Shown one piece after another: positions 7,357-16,700 of a DNA stretch of 26,333 nt. The translations under genes and the position numbers were made by a program. This DNA comes from a virus (lineage: Duplodnaviria; Caudoviricetes). The DNA lies in IMG/VR virus record IMGVR_UViG_3300047382_000135, positions 1 through 26,333 of that record. One strand, 5' to 3'. The notes under the pieces are model-generated. The model saw only the letters and a program-made list of their open reading frames with translations, had not been told where the DNA came from and made no database searches. Each line of letters starts with the position of its first letter. The stretch's first letter is position 1.

Positions 7357-9693
7357 TCACATCACGAGAACTTTATATATTCCGTCTCTTACATCTGCTT
7401 CGTCTGCATACGCAAGCAACTGATAAGATTCACCATTTACTGTTATGGGTATCATATGGGTAAAGTTGTTGGTTAGGAATTGAGCATTGTTTGTAACAAT
7501 ATCTGCTCCATCTACAATGCTAGTCTGATAAAGATTCTGTAATCCATTTCCGTTTATGGAATCTTGATTAGCATTAGTAAATAAAAGTTTTGGTTCACCT
7601 ACAGCTTCGCCACCAGTACCACTCAATCCATTACCACTATGTGTTGCTCGGAAACTATCACCGACAAGATAGGATACTCCAGTTGTTCCAGATACGTCAT
7701 TCCAGTCAGTATTGTTGTCTCCAACATCGGTAATAATGTAGCTTTCACTTACAACAAAGTTGCCCCAAGTAGTGACATCTTTTCTGTCGAAAATAAAGTC
7801 GCCCGCCTGAGCAGTATCAGAAGTTGTCTTTAGGGCAGGAACATTCAGTGTTCTACTTCCAGAAGTGCCAACTACACCAGGCTTATTAGTACCACCAAGC
7901 GTACCATCTAGCGTGTAGTTTGTTTCTACTGAGCCGGGAATATCAAGATTGTTAGATAGTGAGCCAGTGGCTTCTTCAACTTTCTGCCAAGGATTGTCTG
8001 TACCAGTAAATGCTCTTTTTGCTTCACCATTAGCTGGGTTTCTAATATATAATCCAACACTATCTACAATTAGTGCTGTAGAGCCAGTATCTACACTACC
8101 ACCTGCTGTTGTTGCTTTGAACACTATATGTTTCACTATAGCGTTAGATAGTGAGCCACCATGAGTCTGAGCAGTAAAGTAGGTACCTCTTACTACAGGA
8201 ATACCTTGTGATCTTGCAACATATGTAACCCCAGTTGAACCTACTATTGCATTCCAATTGGCTTGAGGATTAGTATCAAGTCTATATTCTCCAACTTGAT
8301 TTGACACACTCATGGCCATGTCTACTTGATCTTGATCTACATCACTAGAATTTTTAGACAGCTTTATCTGAGTACTGTTTACCACTTTAACATAGTATAT
8401 TGTTTCTACCATGTCTCCTGTAACGCCATTGTCTCCTATACTTTCACCACTAATTCTAGTATAGAACACTTCGTCACTATCAGAAAGACCATGTGGACTG
8501 TCAAATGTTATCGTGTCATTTACGTCATCGACATCATCAAATGAAAATGATAAAACTCCTTCAACACCAATACCAGTTCTGTATCCCAAATTTATTATTT
8601 CATATACTTCTCCTGGTATAATATTTCCACCAGTAATTTCTGGAGATTCATACTTTGTTATAGAACCTACACTCTCCCAAGAAGAAGTTCCAAGTTTTAC
8701 AACTTTATATATCTCACCTGCAACAAGGTCTCCGAAATTAGTTTCAACGCCGATCTTTCTGACTTTACCTGCGGCGTTTTGATTGTTTACTACTCTAACT
8801 CCACCGTCAAATCTTACACCAGAGTCTAATTTAAATATATTAGGAGAGTATCCGACAATCACATTAGCCTTCTTAACTTCGACACCTGAAATATTTTGAT
8901 CAAGTATCGCTAGTTGCCCAACACCACCACTGGCGGGGTCAGTGTCCCAAGGGTCGGGAGAGATTAGGACTATAGTCTCTTCATTAATTTCGCTGAAGCC
9001 ACCGAATAGCTGATCTTGTTGCCCCAATGACTCAACGTGAGCATTTTTTAAGTTTTCTATGGTAATTGTATCATCTCTGGTCAACGTAAGTGTGTCAACA
9101 TTACCCGGAGTATTCCCATTAGCACTTGTGGCAAAGTTAAAAGCTGGTCCTGTTGGGTCGGAAATAGGCGCAAGTTGAAATCTAGATACTGCATCACTAT
9201 TTACTACGATGTAATCATAATTTGATCCACCATCAATAGACAGTAGTGTACCTTCAGTAAATGCGATTCTAGCTATTCTAGGTCTTACTACTAATGTCCA
9301 ACCATCTAATGAATCAAATACTGCATCAAATTCTCTTTTTGGGGATATCTCTATTGCAAGTCCACCACTACCTGTCGAAATATCTCCTTCACCTGTAGCA
9401 GTAAAGATTTCATTTACGTCACCAGTACTTGCACCTATAGAAGTCCAACCTCTATCGCTTCCAGAGTCAAATATTTTATAATTTTTATCTTGCTCGAAAC
9501 TTCCGAACTGAACAAGCTGTCCTTCAGCAAAAGGATCATTAATGAGCCTAGACCTGTGCTGGGTATTTCCACTAAAAAGTTGTAAATCGCCAGAGACTCC
9601 CCCATCTTGCACGAGATTCGTTAAGATTAGCCTATCTGAATCTGGTGATGCGCTTTCTCTTAAATTTAAACTTGTTACGAAACCTTGAGCCAT
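7357..9693 (-). CDS. Large putative virion/fibre-associated protein (778 aa) with four copies of a short repeated module
   Basis: Long ORF with GAGG SD. Repeats FEQDKNYKIFDSG..W, LVAGEIYKVVKLG..W, IIPGEVYEIINLG..W and FVVSESYIITDVG..W; HGL..YYV..IKL small beta domain; C-terminal FTHMIPITVNGESYQLL. Confidence 0.8.
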   Translation of the reverse strand: MAQGFVTSLNLRESASPDSDRLILTNLVQDGGVSGDLQLFSGNTQHRSRLINDPFAEGQLVQFGSFEQDKNYKIFDSGSDRGWTSIGASTGDVNEIFTATGEGDISTGSGGLAIEISPKREFDAVFDSLDGWTLVVRPRIARIAFTEGTLLSIDGGSNYDYIVVNSDAVSRFQLAPISDPTGPAFNFATSANGNTPGNVDTLTLTRDDTITIENLKNAHVESLGQQDQLFGGFSEINEETIVLISPDPWDTDPASGGVGQLAILDQNISGVEVKKANVIVGYSPNIFKLDSGVRFDGGVRVVNNQNAAGKVRKIGVETNFGDLVAGEIYKVVKLGTSSWESVGSITKYESPEITGGNIIPGEVYEIINLGYRTGIGVEGVLSFSFDDVDDVNDTITFDSPHGLSDSDEVFYTRISGESIGDNGVTGDMVETIYYVKVVNSTQIKLSKNSSDVDQDQVDMAMSVSNQVGEYRLDTNPQANWNAIVGSTGVTYVARSQGIPVVRGTYFTAQTHGGSLSNAIVKHIVFKATTAGGSVDTGSTALIVDSVGLYIRNPANGEAKRAFTGTDNPWQKVEEATGSLSNNLDIPGSVETNYTLDGTLGGTNKPGVVGTSGSRTLNVPALKTTSDTAQAGDFIFDRKDVTTWGNFVVSESYIITDVGDNNTDWNDVSGTTGVSYLVGDSFRATHSGNGLSGTGGEAVGEPKLLFTNANQDSINGNGLQNLYQTSIVDGADIVTNNAQFLTNNFTHMIPITVNGESYQLLAYADEADVRDGIYKVLVM

Positions 9694-9705
9694 TTCATTT
9701 CCTCT

Positions 9706-12700
9706 TTACGGCAATTGATCTAATTGGAATGACCAACCACGTTGGACAAGAACAGTATACTTATCATTAATCGCCGAATTACCGGCTTGTTGAAGCCACG
9801 ATAGATTAAGTCTGTTTCCGCTATCTGGAGTCTGGTTATAAAGTCTGACAGTAATATTGCTATTACTACTTCTAGCATTTGAGTTTAAGTATAGATCATT
9901 AATTATAGGACCTAAGTGGTAGTCATTTAATTTATTATCATTCATATAGAATTTCTTACAATATACAGCAGTAGACAAACTCCCACTTGTATAGCCATCA
10001 AATAGATTATTATTAACTGTGTAAGACTCACATGAATTCACGCCACTGATATCAGGAAGAGGCCCGCTGAACTTATTATCTGTCACATTAAGTGTCGCAA
10101 ATTCATCACTACTTTGACTGAATACAGGAAAGTCACCTTCCATGTTAGTAATCCTAACACTAACATTTCTTAGTTTTTCCATATCCTTTATTTCATTATT
10201 GGTATCTGTGATAAATTCACTCAATCCTTGAGAAATCAACGGCTGCATACATCTATCTCTCACCACCTTACCAGTGCCGTAATCAACAGCAGGATCAGTA
10301 TTACCTGCAACCCCAGTTCTTTTCATTACGACTGTTCCATTATTAGTAGTTGTGAAACTACTAGTAGTACTGGTTGGATTGAATTCTTGTTTCCAATCGG
10401 TATCGTCTACTCCGCTAATAGTAGAATCCATTCCCTGAATGACAGAAAGATTTGATGATGTACCACTTCTTATAAAGAGATAGTTGCCTCCGGCTACACA
10501 CCCTGTCAGAAAGATTCTATTTGCGGCAGAACTGGCTTTAAACGTGTCGCCCTTTGCTGGGTTATTTCCTGTTACATAATGACCCCACTCACTAGCCCCT
10601 CCATTTGGGATGTAGTTGGCTACCCAACCCATGGCTTCCCATTGTGCCTTTGTCGAGCCTGATGGGTCAACAATTACATACTCTTGATCGTGTATACAAG
10701 TGTTTATATCTGGGTCTTGATATTCGAACCAATCTTCTTCCTTTGGTTTTCCTGTGCTTCCGCCTGCAACCAAAGTACCTCTAGATGTATTATCTCCCCA
10801 ACTTACAAAATCAGAATTTACGTCAGAACCGCTCCACCCCATATCTTCATACTCTTGAAACGACATAGAATGGTTTCTCTTGGAAGAAATAAACCCAGCA
10901 GGTCTCCATCCCTGAATAAAATCTGATCTCGGAACAGCAATGTCCATATTTTCTGCCACCTGATAATTCTTACCAGGAGTAATTGACTGATTTGGATCGA
11001 CTAATCTCCGAAGACTACTTATCGTTACCTTTGACATTTTCTCGCACCCAGATAAATTGGGGAACCTACCATGCACATGACAACCACTTACGGTTATCGT
11101 GCAATCAGTACTCTGTGTACCAGTAGGATTAGGGTTCCATGTTTCAAATTTAAGAGCATTTATCGGTGGTTGTACGGTTTCGTTGATTAAGTATCCAGAC
11201 CCCGCAGACCCAGTCAATATTACAACACATAGTCGAGGGTCTGATCCTGTTTGATCTGGTAAAATATTTCCCTGTCTTGCACTGGTGCTTCCATCAACTG
11301 CAAACTGATCATAATTAAGGGCCTCTCTATATAAATAAACTGAGCGAGAGGTGCCGGTGCTTTGGACATCATAGAAGTCGAACTTTCTTAGCTTAGAACA
11401 ATCTTTTAAAAAGTTGCCATCAAGAGTAAGTTGAGCATATGCGGCAGGACCGAAGTCTAATGTTTGTAACTCTGTCTGACCATGTAGTAAAGTGGTCGCA
11501 TCTCCCCACATAGTTTTATCTAGATCAGTTGATCTTCCATTGGCACTTGCGCTTGCATTATTACTAGATGACATATGTACAATCATAGTTTCAAGTTTAG
11601 TAGTAGTGTTTAGACCACCAAACATATTTTGCTGAGACAACTCCCTATCTTCAAGCCTATAACCAAAACCTATGCTAGTATTAGCCCCAAAACTAAGATA
11701 TTTTAAGTTGGGCATATCATGAATGTTAGGAACATGGGTTTTGCAACCACTCAAGCCCAATGATTCAAGATTCGCTTTATTTTCAAATTTGAACTTTCTA
11801 TCTTCATTACTGATGTCCATAGTAGTAGCGTTTGTAGTATCGACAAACCTATAATCAGCAACACAGTCTGTTCTGAATGATCTATTCGATGTCGAACCAG
11901 TAGGACCCCACTGAATTAGGTTAGTACTGTTTAAATATGCAATAGGAACGAATCTATAATCTACATAGTCTGGATTATAGATTTCAACGCCTCTACCTGC
12001 CTCGATGTGCAGTTTATTGTTAACATCATCCCACTTTTCAAATGTGTGAAAAGTGCCTGTATCAGCCGCTAATGTATATGATGATATAACATTACCTGCT
12101 CCATACGGGCTTTGTCTCAGTTTAATAGTATTCAAATCTACTACTTCAACCTGCAAAATATCATTTCTGCTAAGAGGAGATAGTTCTTCACACAAGGTTC
12201 CTGCAAGCATAGTACTGTCTTGACCACCAGTACCGACATTACCACCACCCATTACAAAATTTGGATTATCTGGTGCTACCCTATTTTTATATCGAACTTT
12301 GTCACCACTCACGAACCTGTGAGCAACAAAAGTAAATTCTCCTGTGCTTGGGTCTAAAACATTCGAGTCAGTTGGGTCAAATTTTAACTTATAATTAGGA
12401 TCATAAACGGCGGGTGCTACACCGTCACCACCAGTCTGTAAGTTAGTCGTTGACCCAGGGAATGAAGTCTCACCAAAGTCAAGATTAACCAAATCTGGAA
12501 ATCTTTCATAGCTTATATCGAGATTACCCGGCAAATCTTCCCAAGACCCTAGATCATTAATTGACTCCATTGAAAGTGGCAATCTCGCTAGTTGCTCGTT
12601 AGGTGTTCCTGTATATCCAGTGACAAACTGAAGTTCAGCAACTTCGGCGCTATTAGGTGCTAGGCCTAATTTGTTATTGGATAAATCAATGTGTTTGAGA

Positions 12701-13737
12701 TTAGGTGCAATAAAATTGAAGTTTGGAATATTCTCGAACTTATTGTTTGATATGTCTAAATCTTCTAAGCCAGTAAAAACAGTTTCGGCAAAAGAAGTCA
12801 GATTATTATTTCTCAACCTCAATTTACTAATCAAAGAGGGGTTATAGAAAACATCCAAATATACATTACCACTGACACTCGCATTGTCTATACTGGCTTG
12901 AACATGATATTCACTAGTTCCATTCGCACTCTTATTTGGTACAAACTCAGAAGTATTGTTGTTACTAATAGGGATAGTTGTTACACCATCCAGGTTAGTT
13001 TTCTCAAACTCAACTGGTATGTAGCCCAGAAAATCTTCAATAAGATCACCACCAGACTCGATTAGATGTGCATCAAATTCAAGAGTGGCTCCGCCTGCCG
13101 TAAATCTAAATGGTATACCTCTCATTACTGGAAACTGAACATCTGTTCCATTAATGTTTAATGTTAGTTTATCTGTAGGTACCTGAGATCGTTTTGCTTT
13201 TTGCTGAGGTTGTGTTGTTAATGCTAATTCTGTGAGAGCAAGAAATTCGCCACTATTAATAACTTCTGAGTTATATGTGATAAGTTGATCTGGATTGTCT
13301 TCAGGTCCGAAAGGAGACCAAGAAGATACTCTAGATGTAGAGATGTCAGCACTTTTCAGATTCCATTGCGAATTACCACTACCGTCATTTCCATCAAAAT
13401 TTACATAGTTGTACTTTATTGTACCTGCTATAAGTTTGCTGTTTATTGCAAAGTTATATCTTTGATCATTAGCAACACTTCTTATGTTGTCACTTATTTC
13501 ACCTGCGGCAACAGAAGAGGCCTCTAAAGAATCTAGAACTCTTTTTTGATCGTCAACAAGACCGGATATGTTATGAAACTCTTGAGTCGTTATTAGCCCA
13601 CCTAAACCTTTTATTAAGTTTAAGTTATCCCTTCTCAGACCCAAGTTGCTTAGTGCGATATCTCGATCACTTATATCGCTTAGAGACTTAGCTACATTCA
13701 AGCCCCTATAAACATTATCACCAAAAGCGTTAGCCAT
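9706..13737 (-). CDS. Leucine-rich-repeat-containing putative virion protein (1343 aa)
   Basis: LxxLxLxxNxL repeats: ISKLRLRNNNL, LEDLDISNNKF, LKHIDLSNNKL, FATLNVTDNKFSGPLP, CKKFYMNDNKL. N-terminal KSLSDISDRDIALSNLGL. AAGGAG SD and TAATG overlap with the upstream gene. Confidence 0.85.
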   Translation of the reverse strand: MANAFGDNVYRGLNVAKSLSDISDRDIALSNLGLRRDNLNLIKGLGGLITTQEFHNISGLVDDQKRVLDSLEASSVAAGEISDNIRSVANDQRYNFAINSKLIAGTIKYNYVNFDGNDGSGNSQWNLKSADISTSRVSSWSPFGPEDNPDQLITYNSEVINSGEFLALTELALTTQPQQKAKRSQVPTDKLTLNINGTDVQFPVMRGIPFRFTAGGATLEFDAHLIESGGDLIEDFLGYIPVEFEKTNLDGVTTIPISNNNTSEFVPNKSANGTSEYHVQASIDNASVSGNVYLDVFYNPSLISKLRLRNNNLTSFAETVFTGLEDLDISNNKFENIPNFNFIAPNLKHIDLSNNKLGLAPNSAEVAELQFVTGYTGTPNEQLARLPLSMESINDLGSWEDLPGNLDISYERFPDLVNLDFGETSFPGSTTNLQTGGDGVAPAVYDPNYKLKFDPTDSNVLDPSTGEFTFVAHRFVSGDKVRYKNRVAPDNPNFVMGGGNVGTGGQDSTMLAGTLCEELSPLSRNDILQVEVVDLNTIKLRQSPYGAGNVISSYTLAADTGTFHTFEKWDDVNNKLHIEAGRGVEIYNPDYVDYRFVPIAYLNSTNLIQWGPTGSTSNRSFRTDCVADYRFVDTTNATTMDISNEDRKFKFENKANLESLGLSGCKTHVPNIHDMPNLKYLSFGANTSIGFGYRLEDRELSQQNMFGGLNTTTKLETMIVHMSSSNNASASANGRSTDLDKTMWGDATTLLHGQTELQTLDFGPAAYAQLTLDGNFLKDCSKLRKFDFYDVQSTGTSRSVYLYREALNYDQFAVDGSTSARQGNILPDQTGSDPRLCVVILTGSAGSGYLINETVQPPINALKFETWNPNPTGTQSTDCTITVSGCHVHGRFPNLSGCEKMSKVTISSLRRLVDPNQSITPGKNYQVAENMDIAVPRSDFIQGWRPAGFISSKRNHSMSFQEYEDMGWSGSDVNSDFVSWGDNTSRGTLVAGGSTGKPKEEDWFEYQDPDINTCIHDQEYVIVDPSGSTKAQWEAMGWVANYIPNGGASEWGHYVTGNNPAKGDTFKASSAANRIFLTGCVAGGNYLFIRSGTSSNLSVIQGMDSTISGVDDTDWKQEFNPTSTTSSFTTTNNGTVVMKRTGVAGNTDPAVDYGTGKVVRDRCMQPLISQGLSEFITDTNNEIKDMEKLRNVSVRITNMEGDFPVFSQSSDEFATLNVTDNKFSGPLPDISGVNSCESYTVNNNLFDGYTSGSLSTAVYCKKFYMNDNKLNDYHLGPIINDLYLNSNARSSNSNITVRLYNQTPDSGNRLNLSWLQQAGNSAINDKYTVLVQRGWSFQLDQLP

Positions 13738-16700
13738 TATTGCTCCTTACTAGTAACAGATAGTTGCATACTTCCAATACTACCATCCAAAGACGATGCG
13801 GTTAAGTATACTGCCCTATTATTTAGCGAACCTCTGGTAATACCTTTTCTATCCCTAGAAAATATATTTTCTAAATCAACAGTAACGGTTTCGTTTTCTC
13901 CCACATAGCAAGAGTATAATTCTACTCCCGGTCTAAGTGGGTTAGAATTAGTAATATCATATCTGGAAGAAGCCATATCAGCATTATCATTGAAAGCAGA
14001 AGAACTATTAAGAGAGTTTGATCCACCACTATTAGCAATAGAGACATTCGGGTTTAATGAACTGGATTCTATTACGAACTCTGGTGTATGAGTTCTAACG
14101 ACCCCTTGCTCAAGTATCTCTTCTACTACTACACCATTAACATGAGCATAGTCACCTAAAGCAAAAACTGGATATAGTGGTTGGGCATCATTAAATGAAA
14201 CAGCCCTAGAGACTGTAAATCTTTGATCGTCAAACAATCGTCTACCGCTAGAGTCTACAGCGAAAGGCTTCCAGTCGTCTGTAATTGTAATGGTTTTTGA
14301 CTGTATGTTTCTATTTTCAGGGGTCATATTAGCTATTTGAGACTGAAAAGTTGGGTCGTAGTCTATGAGTATAGCGGCAACTATTCTTACTTCTGCATCA
14401 CTGCCTTGGTTCAATACTTCTTGATCTTCTGCGGCATACTCTATCAAATCAGACCTGTAAACTAGTGACCTTCCCACGAATTGAAATCCAACTTCAGAGA
14501 TGCCTGGCTCAATAACCCCTGCGGGTGGTGGACTATTAGATGGGTCACTACTGAATTTAACCACACTAACTTGACGACCATCAACTATAACCGGTCCTGT
14601 TACTGAATCATACCTATAATCATTTACAGTGACTTCGCAAGATACAGTAGAGGCTATACCTCTATCAGAACCCTGTATTCTATTCTCTCTTCTATCTAAT
14701 CTGGGATCTATTTGTAATCTGTTTCCATAAAGAGTGTCATTTTCTTTGATCTCAAGTTTCTTATTTTGATCATAGTCTCGTGTTGCATGAGAGTACTCTA
14801 TAGACGGAAACCGAGTTCTATCATATTCTACGCAATCATAACTGCTACTCGCACCAACTTTAAATAGAACCTCGTGATCATCGACTTTATTCGCAGGTCT
14901 ATTGGTAGCATCTCCAGTTTCTGTTGGCAAATACGGTGTCACGCCAACAGAGAACTCTCCAAAATGCTTGTACCAAAGATCGCTATCATTACCAGAAACG
15001 TCATAGTCTAAGCCTTTGTCCTTTATCTGTGGATTCAGAAAATGTATCTTGAATTTATTTGCATACACTGGAGTCTTTGATGCGACAACTGTTCTGTAAC
15101 TATTTAATCTTGCTAGGAACGATTCAGGTGCTGTTCCGGCTAGTTGAGTATAGCTGAATACCGATTCGTCAACTTTCTCAGAGTTTGTTGCTGTTCTTGG
15201 TATTATAGAATACTCGGGCTTGGAGTAATCGGGGTCGTCCCCTCTTCCATACAAATCGCCTAGATTTTCTAGAGTATCGACATATGATCCATAAACCCCA
15301 TCTGCTATTATGTGAGCCATATGATCACTAGGTTGGAATCTGTAGACTAGAGTCGCCTCGTAACTATTAGTAACGCCAGAAAATGGAGTCTCTAAAACCA
15401 GACCGTCAGTATCACTAGAACTGACATAAACTACTGTACTTCCATTTTTAAATGACTTAATTACATACTCGTTTCCACCTATACTTAAACTATCTCCTAC
15501 TTGAAGTCCTTTATAGTTATTACCAAAGCCAGCGGTACTTGATTGTGGATGAGTAATTGAATCAGAACCATTAGTCGCAGTTACACCAAACTTTAGTGCT
15601 GTTGGTGTTATTGGATTGCCTTGATAGTCATCGAACTGAATTAACTGTCTCGAATTTGTGGCTGATACCATATTTACGCCATTAGCTACACTGGAATCAG
15701 ATTCGTCTAGTCTATAACTCAGTGCCACTGTTCTATTTTTCGGATGCACTCCATCCATATGAATAGATGGAGAGTAGTGAAAATGAACGCCCTGAGATGT
15801 ACCCGCAATCTCTTCGAATGTTAATTTAGCCGCAGTGTCAGAAGAAACAGAAAGACTTGATGGATAAATCTTTTTAAAGTTTAGTTTAGGTACGCCCTTA
15901 CTATTTTTCAGCACTTCTTTGGGCATAATACCAATCATAGATGTTCGTGATTGAAATGGTTTTTGTGGTGATGATTCAGAATTTAGTCTAATAGTTCCCT
16001 CGTCACCACCATCAATATAGCAACTACTACCAAACTTATAAAGATATATTGGTTGCTTAATATCTTCTGTAAAGTTGGTGTATAGTAAATATTTAAATCT
16101 AAAATCTGGATTCTCTAGAACCGGTTGACCAAGACCATTCTCAATGACAAATGTGTGCATAAGCACCCATCGACAATCTCCATTACCAACAGGAATATAT
16201 GCGTAAAACTTTGCTCCAATAGCACCATACCAAGAGAACTCGATCTTGTACATCGTAACATCTTCAAATGACAATGCGTATCTAGTATCACCAGTTCCGT
16301 CTAATGGGTCGCCAGTAAAGTCAGTTCTTTCTATAATGGTTTCCCATATTTCTCTCGTTTCTTCACTTTTGATCCCAGGCATATACGATTTTGTTTGCTT
16401 GAGTGGAGATATCCCTTGTCGCTGAAGTAGTTCATCGGGCATCTTAATGGTACTTCTTCGTACCAAACTGAGTCTTTCGCCTTGAAGTTGGAACATATAT
16501 TCATCAGTGTCATTTGAGCAACCCCACTCAGCAATCGCTCCTTGACCACCTGCAATCATTCTCGAACCAAATGTGAAACCACTTGCTCGACCTGGCTGAT
16601 ATCTAAATGTTCTTTTACTTTGAAGGATTCCATAATATTCATCACCAGTGTAATTTTCATCAGTATCTTTACCTGGTAATGCTTCTTTTGTTTGAATCAT

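Noticed and set aside
4175-7380. Invertase-controlled (Gin/Cin-like) flipping of the + strand gene
   Set aside because: No inverted repeats visible at the two ends, no recombinase in the window, and the gene has its own late promoter.
4780-9498. Diversity-generating retroelement TR/VR pair among the repeated modules
   Set aside because: The copies compared are similar only at protein level and differ at all base types, not just adenines; no reverse transcriptase is present.
11330-11337. TATAAATA on the + strand inside the LRR gene
   Set aside because: Intragenic and antisense with no downstream gene; an 8-mer like this is expected by chance in AT-rich DNA. An antisense transcript cannot be excluded without data.
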